Assembly (NCBI GenBank): GCA_001643675.2
Contig: LSRY02000013.1
Location: 248,001-312,000, forward strand
Direction: 5' to 3'
DNA from: Monocercomonoides exilis PA203
Taxonomy: Eukaryota > Protista > Preaxostyla
Length of the DNA: 64,000 nt
Notes under the pieces: model-generated
What the model was told of the DNA's origin: nothing
What the model saw: only the letters and a program-made list of their open reading frames with translations
Databases searched by the model: none
Translations under genes and position numbers: made by a program
Shown: piece after piece, positions 37,401 through 49,780 of the stretch
Numbering within the stretch: the stretch's first letter is position 1
Layout: every line of letters starts with the position of its first letter

Positions 37401-40400
37401 GTGCGAGATTGCAATCAAACAGCAATCGACAAACATTTCGTTTCTTTCTGCAAGAGGAGGACGGGTGTCGATAAATCAACTCATTATGCTCTCGACCTCT
37501 TTTGATGGCACATCCACACTGGATGCCATATCTGTCACAGATGCATGCGAATCTTTCATGTTGAACGACTCGATAATTGAAAACTCTCAAATCAGAGACG
37601 GATCTGTTGTGAAGATTTCTGATTGCACTGCAAATGTGAATGTGTCTAATTGCACATTCAAGGGGGTGACTTGCTCATTGGGCAAGGGCGGTGCCATTAG
37701 CATGCACAAGCCAGAAGTTGCATCGCCTTGCCACGAATGTCTTGAGAAATGCACATTTGAAGAATGCAAAATAAAAAGTGACGAAGCATGCGGGGGAGGC
37801 GTGTGCTGCTGCATTGGAATGAGCAATCATCTGGAGATCACAAACTGCGCATTCACAGGCTGTGAAGCATCTGTCGAAAAGAAAGGGGGTTTTGGAGGAG
37901 GATTGTTTCTTGAGTTCGATCATCAAGATGTCGAATTTGTTGTCTCTGAGCCTTCTTTTTCTCAAAGCTCTCCAAATGCTGCCAAATGCGGAAGCGAACT
38001 GTTCATGAAATCCCCAAGTTTGGAGGCAAGCGCCACCGACAGCACCCTTCCATTTGCCAAAACAATGGCGGACATATCTCTCGATTCCATGAGAGGGTTT
38101 GATGGCAACGATTCAGAACATGCAATTCCACTGATATTGCTTTTCCAGGCAATAGGCTCGGAAATACTTGCTTCCTCATTGGAAGGGGCAGACACAATTG
38201 CCTGTGGCTTTGAGTGCTACCCATGCGCTTCAATAGATCAAGCCCTTTCTCGCTTCAAAACTGTCGACAAAAGAGCAATAACTGTGAGGACAGAGTCTTT
38301 TGTGATCCATGAGATCGATCTGAGTGATGTGAAGATGATATCAGATGGAGAACAGCAGGCATCTCTCACAATGCCATCTGCAATTGAAAGTGGAACAACA
38401 ATGATCTCATCCAAGGGCATCACACAACTCGAACAATTGAAGATAATTGTTCCTCCTCATATCTCCAACGAAGTCAAATTTGTGATTTCTTCTTCAACTA
38501 ACAAAGGTGTGCTCTCGCTCACAAACTGCCAAATAGAGATAGAAGATGAATCAGAAGCGCCCAACAATTATGTTATAATCAAAATAAGTGGATCATCAAT
38601 CCATCTGGTGTTTGTGACTGTGACAAACTGCAGAATGGCAATGCCATTATTTTCATTTGACATAGTTCCACCAATGAATGCACCTGAAACAGCAGAAGTC
38701 CAGATGAAGAATTGCTCGTTCAGCAATATCACTCATCAAGATAAAGACAGCTCAGCGTTATCATGTGCATCTCTGGGATGTGGATGTTCGATAGCCGGGT
38801 GTAATTTCAGTGAGATTTTTGCAGATCAGAGCATAAATGGAGGAGCAATGAGAGTGGTGCTTGAAGCAGATGGAGAATTGGAAATAACTGATTGCAACAT
38901 GGAGGAATGTCAAGCAGAAAATAGAACAGAGGGGAAAGGCGGTTGGCTGTTCTTTGACTGCAAGCAGAATTATGGATTTGTCTTTGGAAACTTGTCTTTC
39001 AACGAATGCTGTGCATTTGTTGGAAACAACATTTATTTGAAGGGTAATGCTCTTTCTATCAACCTGGGAAAGCAACAGTTTGCATTGAATATGCCAACTG
39101 AAAGAGAAAGACGGAATGACTTTTGTGGATATGGCAATGATGAAGCCAAAGAAATTCCTCTCGCCTTGTTTGAAGCAGAATGGAACACTCCAGCATTTGT
39201 GAATGGTGTTGGAGGTGTGGATTATCCTTTATGCGGGTTTGACTGGTATCCGTGCAGCACAATAACATATGCTGGAAATAATCGGTTCATTGAAGAAAAT
39301 GCGGCAATTCGCTTGCAAAGCTCATTTTCTTTCAGCAAGTCAGTGATATTCTCGGGCAAAGCATATGAGATAGATGCGGAGAGCAAAGGAGAAAAAGTCG
39401 AAGTCGAAGGAATAGAAGAAAACCTCAAGGTGAGCAGTTTTTTCGAAATCAGAACATCAGTTACATTTTCCAAATTAACATTTCTCCTCCCATCATTTTT
39501 CGCTCCTTGTCCATTGAATAGCCTTTTTCTGTGCAGCAAATCAACCCTTTCATTCAAGGATGTGGATATGGAGATGAAAGTTGCAGGACTGCAGTGCAAA
39601 TACAGTCTTATTGTGGCAACTGACAGCACCATCGGAATTGACGGGTTTGGTTTATCGGAGATAGAATTCAGTGGAGTCAGTGCCTTTGAATTCTCCGGAA
39701 AAGAAGCAAATTTCACAATCAGTGCAATTACAATGAGCAATGTTAAAAGAACAGAAGCAGGAGGAATTGTTGAGATAAAACATGGTGCTCATCCAGTCTT
39801 TCAGAATTTATCATCAGCCAACAGCACATATTCCAACCATTGCACCATTTTGGTGGAAGAGGCTTGTGGGCTGACTCTTCTTGAATGCAACATGAGCGGA
39901 CTGAAAAGAACGACTGATAGTGGATGCTCTGTGGTGGGTGTTGTGGGAAATGAAAATATCATTCAGATCAATGGATGCTTCTTTGATGACATTGTTTGTT
40001 CATCATCTGGCTCCCAAGGAGGGAGCTTGCACGTGAAAGTGTTGAGTGGTGGAGAATTGTTGTTCGACAACAACAGCGTATGCCGAAGCAAAGTTCCAGC
40101 AATTGATGGGGATGGAGGAGGATTGCACATCACTTTCGAAAGTGTGGAAGTTGCATATTCAATGAAGAATGTTGTGTTTGAAGGCAACGACGCGCTCTGG
40201 GGAAAAGACATCTTCCTCAACTGCACAAAGCCAAGCACAATTGTCGATCCGCTGCTGTGGGCAGGAACTGCTGAAAGAGGTGAAGAAGAGAGGAACAAGT
40301 GGGTGTTTGACTTCACAGATGCTCGCATCAATATGACACTCTTGCGCTTTCTGTTTCCAACAGATGACGATATCATTTATGTGGACGAATCATTGGGGAA

Positions 40401-43400
40401 CGAAATGGGAAGTTGCGGCTCGGGAGTCAATCCATGCAAGGAGTTGGGCTTTGGATATGGAAAATTGGGCACATCAAAAACAATCCTTCATATACAGAAC
40501 TCAGCATGGCTCTTGGGAGAAATAGATCGAAAAGAAGAAAAACTGACAATCCGCGGAGGTGATGATAAATCTGAAATGCATGTTGGAATACAAGGCCATA
40601 TTCAGCTCTCGTCTGGCCCAGCATCCACTTCGCTCACTCTCCAGAACCTGCTGTTTTTTGTGCCATCGACACCAGGCAAACACTCAGAAGTGATTGTGGG
40701 AAGCGTTGGCCGTGTGAGCATTGTTTCATGCACTTTTGGAGATGCAGAAATAGAGTGCACAAATTCATATATGTGGGTTGTCCGAGGGGATGGAAGTGCG
40801 ATCCAGTTTGATGATCTCAAAATAGAAAATACCCAATTTGGATCGAACTGTGGAATATGCAAAGCTGATCGAGGAACAGTGGTTGTCACTCAGGCAGTTG
40901 CGACAAATATTAACATTGATGGAGATGGATTGTTTTGTTGTGGCGTTGGTGCTGCATTGATTCTCAACAGATCGTCATTCACAAATTGTGGTGCTTCAAA
41001 GGGTGTTGCAATATATGCCACAAATGCATCTCGACTGGAGATATTCAATTCGACATTTGATAGATGCAAAACCTCGGAAAGTGAAGGTGGAGGGATAAAC
41101 TGCAAGATCGGAGACAAATCCAGTCTTACTGTTCAAAATGTTTCGTTTGAAAACTGCTGGGTTGATGAGGAAAGAAGTCGCGGAGGAGCAATATTCTTGC
41201 ATGCTTTTAACGATTCGTCAAACACATTTTCATTTGAGTCTTTGACATTTCGAGACAACAAAGCGCACAAGGGCAGGGACATTTTCGTTGAATGCAAAAG
41301 CCTCAACGAATCAATAACAAACGAACGATTCAACTTCAAAATGTTCGACTCAAACAACACAAAACTCGTGTTTGCCGAGGGGATAGACTTCACAGCCTTT
41401 GCCGAGAGAACAATGGACCTTGTTCTGTTTTTGGTTCCATTCACTTCAAACAGAATTGTCGTTTCACACCAAGGCGTGGATATTGCGGGCTGTGGTGACG
41501 AGACCGTTCCATGCCAGACTTTCAGGCATGGATATTGGCACATTGACAGCAGCTCCGAGGAAAAGAACATGCTGATCGATAAAAATGCATCTGTAAAAGA
41601 TTCTTATGACATCTCAAAAATGAACATTTCGTCTTGTTCATCAGAGATAATGAGCTGCCTGAGGTTTGAACCAACACTCGAAACAACAAGCAGCAATCCC
41701 ATATTTCATGCTTCAGGTGGCTTTTTGTTTCTTCATATCATATTTTCTGTGCCAACAACATTTGTTCCGGATCAAGCAAGTCTCATTTCTTCATCTTCAG
41801 ATGCCACATCAATCTCGCACGTTTCTTTGCAAAGTTGTTCTTTTGAGCTGTATTCATTATCACACGATATGATTTTGCAGTTTTCTCTTCTTTCAACAAC
41901 AGGAGGAGATGTGGAGTTGTGCAACTGTTCAGTTCAGAGTCTTCATTTTTCGGAGACTCCCTTTGCCATTGCCTCACCCATGAGTATTCGCTCTTGTTCG
42001 TTCAACGATATATCAGCTCCAGACAGTTGTGCCGGAGGGATTATGAAAATCAATCTTCATGCACATGAAAGATTGCACATGGAGGATGTTACCATGACGA
42101 ACAGTGGATGCTCACAAAACAATGGAAACGGAGGGGCTTGCTTCATTGACTGCACAGAGGCTTATGCAACAGAACAATTTTTATTCAACAACACTGTGTT
42201 TTCGATGAATGTTGCAAAGATTGGAAAGAACATGTTCGTGCTTTCAGCAAGTTTGAACAGCTCCATAACCACACAGGCATTCTCCTTCAACTACTCTGGG
42301 TTGATCAACGATTCAAATGTGTTTGTTGGAAGCGATGCTATTTTCACTGACACCGATTTATTCAGATTTTTAATTCCATATGCAAATAACACCATTTTTG
42401 TTTCCTCCAGTGGTGCAGATGTGCTGCGATGCGGAAGCGAAGATGATCCATGCGAATCATTCTGGACTGGCGTGAATCACCTCAGTCACACGGATGATGG
42501 CAAACAAATCTTCATTGAAGGGGTTGCAAATGTGGATAATGAATACGATCTCTCAGGTTTTGCAGTGGCTTCTGCCTCAATTCTGAAAGAAGAAGATGGT
42601 CAAAGCGAAATTGTTTTTTCAAAAAGATGAATGGAACAAGTGGTGCATATGCGCTGAACAGAAATGAGATGTCCATATGCGCGATAATGTTGTCCATTGG
42701 AGAAAACTTTGAGAATTCTGTTGATTGTGTGATCCTCAGTGAAGGAGATGAGCTGTTGTTGAGAAGATGCGCCTTTCAAAGCAAAGCGGCAGATAACACA
42801 GAAGCAGACTGTTCGTTTGTGTTGATGAGGAGAGGAAAGCTCAGTGTCGATGATCTTGAGATGAAATCTTCATCGGTGCGGAAAAGTGTGTTCGTGATGC
42901 ACGATGCATGTGTGTGTGAATTTCACGCTGTGAAGATTTCCCAGTGCACAATTGATCGTGGTTGTGTTTTTGAAAGCGTGTCTTCAACAAATGCGGCAAA
43001 TGGGATTGGATTGATCAACATGACAGATTCGGCCCTTTCTTCAGTGACAAGAAACGACAATGGCGGCAGCGCTATTCATTCCACTGGCCAAAATGGCCTC
43101 ATCGTTTTGATAAGCGGATCTCAGTTTGTTGACTGCAAGGCTGAAATGAGCATGAAGGGAGGTGCAGTGTCGTTCTGCCTGAATGATGGGGGTGAGTTGA
43201 GAATAAGTGACACAACAATGACAAGATGCAGCTGCTCAATGAGCGGGAGGGGAGGTGGCATCCACGTGTCGACAAAAGTGGAGGGAACTTTGAACATTCT
43301 GTTTCAGAAGATGTTCTTCACGGGAAACACAGCAGGCGTTGGGAATGACATCTTCATTCTGTGCCATAACATCACAAAACAGATCAACGAAACTCAGTTC

Positions 43401-46357
43401 AGGTTTTCCTTGAAAGAGGGTGTGTATTCGTCTATCAACGCCATCTATGGCTCAGACACAACAGATCACATGAGCGACACAAACTTGATGGACTTCATCA
43501 CAATATATGAGTCTGATTTTATCATCGTGTCTTCTGATGATGGCAAAAACGGAAAAACGAGAGACAATGCGGATCGGCCAAGATACCATGCTTTTCAATT
43601 GGTTATGCCTGCTTCCACTTGTCAAGCGACATCACAAGCATGATGCTTGTTGATGGTGAATCTGTTATTGATGAAGAATGCATTTTGGACAGCATGACCC
43701 TCACGTCTCTCAAAAGAAATAATGCAGCCATTCGAGTTCAGACAGGCATATCCCAGGCAGGCGTGTCTCTCATCACAATTCAGAATCATGTGACTTTGTC
43801 TCGTCTGAGCTTTGTGTTTGAAAGAAATGCTCTTTCCTCGTATTCTTCTTTCATCTTTATGAGCTCCGACAGTTTGAGGATGGAATCGTGCTCTTTCACA
43901 TCTCCAAGAACTGAACAATCCCAGCTTTCCATTCCTTGCACTTTATTCACAGTGCTTTCTGGAGATGTCTATTTCAGTGAGTGTGCTTTTTCTGGACTCC
44001 ACTTGGCATCGTCTGCAATAAGCAGCTGCACAGGAAATGTCAAGGTCACATCTTGCTCTTTCAAGAGCATAGATTATTCTGCAAGTGTCATCATATGCGA
44101 TGACGGAATGTTTGAGATATGCAACACCTCTTTCGACGAGTGCTTCGAGAAAGACCATGGGGCACCTTTGATTTCGTTCACAAATGCCAAAAATGTTTCT
44201 TTAAAAGAATGCAACATTGTGGGCAGTCATTCGTCTGCGATGAAAGGTGGATTTGTGTCATTCACATCATGTACCAACATTTGCATCAGCTCGTGCCTGT
44301 TTGAAAATACAGACCTTTCAAACAGAGAAGAAAACAACATAAATCCGCAATCATCCGAGCTTTGCTCCTGGAACAGCTCGCTGGCGAGCCTTGAAAGAAG
44401 CACCGCTTCCATCTCAGATACCTTGTTTTCCAACGCATCACACGGCGGACTATCTGCTTCTGGAGGAAGCGTCAGAATTGTGAAAGGAGAGTTTGTGGGC
44501 AATGATCCATCAATCGCCAGATTCCCTTCAATCAGAAGAAACATCCTCTGCGAACACAATGGAAAGCTTGAGATCGACAGCTTGAAGGGAGGAGATGGAC
44601 TACTGCCAAACACATCACTGTGGATTTTGAATGAAGGATGCGAGCTCACGGGGATGCCAACTGAAAGGCTATCTGAATTCTTCATCCCATCACTGGATGC
44701 TGTGGAAGTGAAAGAAAATAATGATGCTGCTGAACTGACTTTCAAAGGAAGGCTCCTCATCCCATGCAATCTGAGTTTCCAGATTGTGTCAAAGATAGAT
44801 GATGTCGGCTCAATAGAGACTTTTCCGTTTGCAGAAGACAACTTTGATTCTGAAAATGAAGCGAAAGGAAAGATTAGCATTTCTCTTATAAGTTCGGCTG
44901 CAAGAGAAGAAGAGGTTCTTGTCTGTATTTTGTTTGGAAAAAAAGATGCTCCATCATCAACTGACTCTTTTATTCTGAAGAACAAGAGCGAGTCTCAGAC
45001 AAGCGGAGATGAAAGGATTTCTGAGGGAGAAAAAGAAGGGAAATCATCATGGGCATTGATTGTGATCATTATGGCTATTGTTCTATTGATTGTTCTTATT
45101 ATTTCTGTTATTCTTGCAGTCAGATGGAGAAAGGCAAAGAATGAAGCAGAAGATCTGAGAGAGATTGTGAATGACAACATCAGAAAGGATCCGAAGGCTT
45201 TTGAGATGGTGACGATGGAGATGTCACCTGAGGCACAGTGGAAGAGAGCAGAGAGGGAGGCTGAGAAGAAGAACGATGAAAGGATAAAGAAGAGGGTATA
45301 TGCGAAAAGCCTTCAGCATTCAGAGTCATCTGAGCATTTGCTGGCTGAGAGCGGATCAACTGAATACATTTTGGGAAAAGACTCAGACAAGATTCCAGAA
45401 TGGATGCTGGAGAAGGTTGATAATGAGGAGGAGATAAGGAAGAGAACACCATCTCCTTCAATTTCATCCACTTCATCCACTTCATCCACAGACACTTCAG
45501 ACACTGAATCCACTTTTGTTCGGAGGGAAGATCTGTGCCCAACCACCTCATCCATGTCCAATCTGGTGGACGCAATCGCATGTTCTTCTCCTCATGAGAA
45601 GCTGATTGTGGATTTGAGAGATTCGCTGTTCATGTTGCTTCATGGGAGGAATAAGACAAAAGAGATGGCAATTGGCTCATTGAAAGAAAGGGAGATGACA
45701 GCTGCTCAGATCCTGTTCTGGGTGGCCAATCTTGCACTCCACTCCTTTGATGAGATGGAAAACAAGCTTCAGACACTTTCCAATCTGAGCCCTCACATTG
45801 TGTTGTTCTCCGAGCACATGGTGATCTGCATTGTGATGCACTCAGACCTTTTATCAGATGACTCTGATTCATCATCGATCTCATCGACAGTTGTGACATC
45901 TGCCAGCGATGATGATGATGAAAGTGACTCCCTTCCCTCATCGGCATTTGAGGATGAAGATAGCTTCAAAAAAGAGTGTTTGAGGTGGAAGGCTCCAGAG
46001 CTGCTGATCAACAAGAACATGGGGGCAACAAAGAAGTCGGTGGTGTTCTCGATCGGGATGATGCTGTGGGAGTGCCTGACACTCCAGATCCCGTTCGGGG
46101 AGTACGAGGCTGTGATTGCTGGAGACAAGATTGCAAAAGGAGAGGCTTTGAGCATGTGCGGAAATACTCCAAGCACATTCTCTTTGATCGTCAGCGAATG
46201 CCTCTCCTTTCAGCCTTCCAACCGGCCTTCTCTCGTCTCCATTTCGAGAGAGTTCTTTCAGAAGTTCCCCGAGTCAGCCAAGCTCCCCACAATGACTGAC
46301 GCACTCTTCACAAACCAGCAATCAGCCATCAGCAGAAACAGCTGCTGCAGCTATTAG
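34453..46357 (+). CDS. Giant receptor-like protein (gene B copy 1, ~3968 aa once two homopolymer frameshifts are corrected): signal peptide, 8 CGxxxxPC beta-helix modules, TM helix, pseudokinase C-lobe
   Basis: Three consecutive ORFs (34453-42630, 42627-43643, 43619-46357) are joined by single missing A's in runs at 42621-42625 and 43553-43557. The inverted copy reads through both sites. Same architecture as gene A. Confidence 0.85.
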
Positions 46358-48570
46358 TGTTTGCTTCTCTCATCCCATCACAACCATCGCTATCGTTCCC
46401 AGCCCTCGTATTCATCTCGTTATCTCCTTTTTTCATTTTTGCTTTTGGTGAATAATAACAAGAAAGATAGAAATGAGTGCTGCCCATGGCTTCTGAAGGC
46501 TTTCTTTTGTTTTGTTTTGTTTTGTTTCTGTTGCCTCCAAACAGGGCTTGGCATTTGCCAGCCAGAGTCTGATGTTTGCGTTTTTCTGTGTTGTTCCTGC
46601 ACTTCGCTCGAAAGTGATTTTTCACAACCACTTTCGTTTTATTGCTTGTAAACCCACTTCAAAATGGAAAGGCACCGAGCCAAATGATTTCTGAAATCCT
46701 TTGATCTTCCTCTGTGAATTGCGTTCTTCTCTGAAATGAATGTTCCTCAAAAATGAATCCCAGCATCCTTGCATTGACTCAGCCAAGAAATCAAAATAAA
46801 AAAAATATGTGACATCGTTGGCACCTGCTCAAAAACCCAGAATGCACCTTTCTCAGCCTTGGCCAAATTTCTAGAGTCATGCCAAGATGACTTTTTTTTA
46901 TTCGTTCAAAACATGAAATATGTCAATATAGAAATTGTTGAGATAAAAATAACGGCAAACGATGTGAAAGGAAATGGCATTCAAAGAAATGGGAGGTTTC
47001 AAATAAGTTCCATCAAAATGAAGAGAGAAGCACTCTGGAATTTATTTTTTTTTATTGAAAGCTCATTGCCTCCTTCTTTCAAACGATTCGAGACAAAAGG
47101 CAAGAAGCTGAGTCATCTTGCGCATTCTTGCAGCGATTGCACCCAGCATCTTGCATTCCCATTCCATCCCAAAATAACTGCATTCCCCAATGAAAAATTC
47201 CCACCTCCATCAACATGGCACAGATTCACAGAGTATCTCCTTCCACTTTGTCATCCTTTTTGCGTTTAGGCGTTGATCACCAGCTTGGCACTTTCAGCCG
47301 AAGCATAAATATCTCTTCCCTTTTGAAATAGAAGCGCGCTTTCGCTGCTGATGACACAAACAAAAATTAGGCACTCAAGCTTCAGCTTTCAATTAACTTG
47401 CGATGCTTCGGGGGAAAAATGAAATAAAAAAATGTAATTGTGAACCAATGGAACATTTGCTGGCCATTTCTTGAACGCTCCAACTTGATCGGAACATCGC
47501 TTCTCTGCTTCCATTCGCAATATCCCTTGTTTCCAATTTGAAGAATATGCTATCGCCACAACTCTGTGCCCTCCAATCAACACACGCACCTGCTAGTTGG
47601 ATGCATGCCCTCCAATAAAAGAGCTGTTTTTCCTTTTCCTCTTATCCTTTTCCTTCCAGAATCTGTCTCAAAGCAGCAGCAACGATACAAATACCGAAGC
47701 ACGCAAAATCATTTGTCGGCAAGCGCATCAGATGGTCAATGTCAATTTCAGTTCTTGTTCATCCAGCCATTTTCTTTGCTTTTCGCAGGCAAACATCCCT
47801 CACATTTTCGCTTTCCACAAAATGTGACATGGCAACTGCACATTTTGGAGGGGAAAAAATAAAATAAATAAAATGCGCCAATAAAAGCAAACTGAGCTGA
47901 AGCCTCTTCAGTTGGCCATTTCCCAAACGATTTTTCTGCCAATATGGCTCTCATGGAATTTCTCAGCAAAAAACTCTTAAAAAAGAAAAGAGCTGTTCTT
48001 TTCAACAAAAGCATCCTTTCCATTCATAAAAATTCCAAACCTCTTTTTTTTTCTTGCACCTACAACGCATTCAATATTTTTATGTTCAGATCCTCAAGCA
48101 GAAGCAAAGGTTAGATTCTTTTTCCATTTTTGGAAATAAAAAATAAGGCATCGAAAAGAAAAGGCATTTCATGCTCGATGTTAGACAATTCCAAAAGATT
48201 GCATGTCTTGAGATATGCTTTATTGCTTTATTGCGAGCAATGTCTTTCTGCGCTGGCACCAGGCATTCCCTCGTTTTTTGAGTCATCGAAAAGAATCTCC
48301 ACAAAAATGAGAGAAATGAAATAAAAGAGCATTATCATCTGCAATGAAAATAGCTTTTGCTCAGTGGCTTCTTGCAATGGTCGCTCTTCACCGAACAACC
48401 ACAGTCCGACTCACACAAATTGATAGGAAAACAAAAATCATCTTTCAAATGATACGCTCTCTGCACAAATTGCAATCTTTGTTCAATGCTTAAATTCTAT
48501 CGAATCCAGCAACATTGCACGTTCATCCGTTTTTGTGCTGCCTAAGAGCAAATACACGCTTTTTGTTCTC
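37128..48570 (+). repeat. Left arm of 11.4-kb inverted repeat
   Basis: Reverse complement of 51435-62878. Mirrored ORFs have coordinate sums of about 100003-100006 along the whole arm. Confidence 0.97.
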
Positions 48571-49036
48571 TATTTTTGATTTTGAAGAAATTATTATTTG
48601 TTGATCATTTCGCTACAAAATCTTTCAAACAAAGTGTACATGTTTATTACAACAAAGCACATAGTCCTGTAAATCAATTTATAATAGGCTTGTTACGATT
48701 CGAAAAAAAATATTCAAACACTTTCAAAAATACGAAAAACTGGAAAAGAAATAAAACAAATGTTTGTATAAAACTTGCAAATTAATCTGTTCGCTATTTT
48801 TTCAAAAATAATTTATTTTCCAAAACTCAAATGCAACTTCAAAACAAAATCTTTTGGAATTTGAAAATGAAAAAACAAAAAAGTTCATCACTGAAAAAAA
48901 ACCCAACAAGCAAACAGAAAATTACCTTTGAAAACACTCAAGATACAAAAGAAGTTCGAAAAGAAATAAAATTAAAAATTAAAAACAAAAAAAAACATAA
49001 TATGAAAAGCAACATTAATTTTAGAAATCCTCCATT

Positions 49037-49654
49037 TCACATCAGAAAACATTTGAATATTGATTTCTCGTTTTTGGTAGACAGTTCTCCATCAACAACC
49101 TCATCTGCTTCAACGGGTTTGGATTCGTGGTTACTCAAGCCCAGCCGTACCAGCTCTGTGAATGCCTCATCCACATTCTCTCCTGTTTCTGCTGACGTCT
49201 CAAAATACCCACAAAATCCCTCTTTTTTGCACCAGTCTTCAACCTCAAATCGGTTAACAGCCCGATGCTCCCACTGATCGCTTCCATTTCCAATAAGGAT
49301 AAGCGGGCAATCATTTGAATAGCTCGCCAAAATACCGTCTATCTTTTTTTTCATCTCTTTCAAGTTATTAAAAGAATCATACGACGACAGTCTGAAAACA
49401 AGTGCACAAACATCCGATCCTCGAAAATTAACTCTCGGAATCAAAGTCAGATGATTGAAAGGCACATCCTAAAAATACGCCTGAACATTTTTATCATCAG
49501 CAGAAACATTTTTTGATTTGCAATCAATACCGATTCCAGTTCTAGAATTGTATAGATGTCCATCAACGTATCTTTGAATCAGTGAAGTGAGGCCCACTCC
49601 ATATTCACCAATGATGTCCACTTTCACCTTCAATTCCTCTTCTGTTTCATTCAT
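49037..49654 (-). pseudogene. Divergent Rab-like small GTPase (Rab7/Rab32-like) with one in-frame TAG
   Basis: KVDIIGEYGVGLTSLIQRYV (G1), IGIDC, F*D at the WD position (TAG 49469-49471), LILIGNGSD (G4), GYFETSAETGENVDEAF (G5) and C-terminal CFLM. Both halves are in the same frame. Confidence 0.8.
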
Positions 49655-49780
49655 CAAATAGAAATATTTTTATTACATTCAGATCTTTTTTATCATTATT
49701 TGAATCTTTTCACTTATTAACTTTGAAAGAATGTCAATACAATTGTTCTTTCAAAATAAAAATTAATTGTGAAAATATTC

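Noticed and set aside
45976-46299. Alternative-frame ORF conserved at three loci (also 6945-7187 and 53704-54027)
   Set aside because: By-product of nucleotide identity and high GC in the shared cassette; lengths differ and there is no independent coding evidence.
46361-48324. Short ORFs duplicated in both palindrome arms
   Set aside because: Their identity reflects the DNA duplication; none has recognisable motifs.
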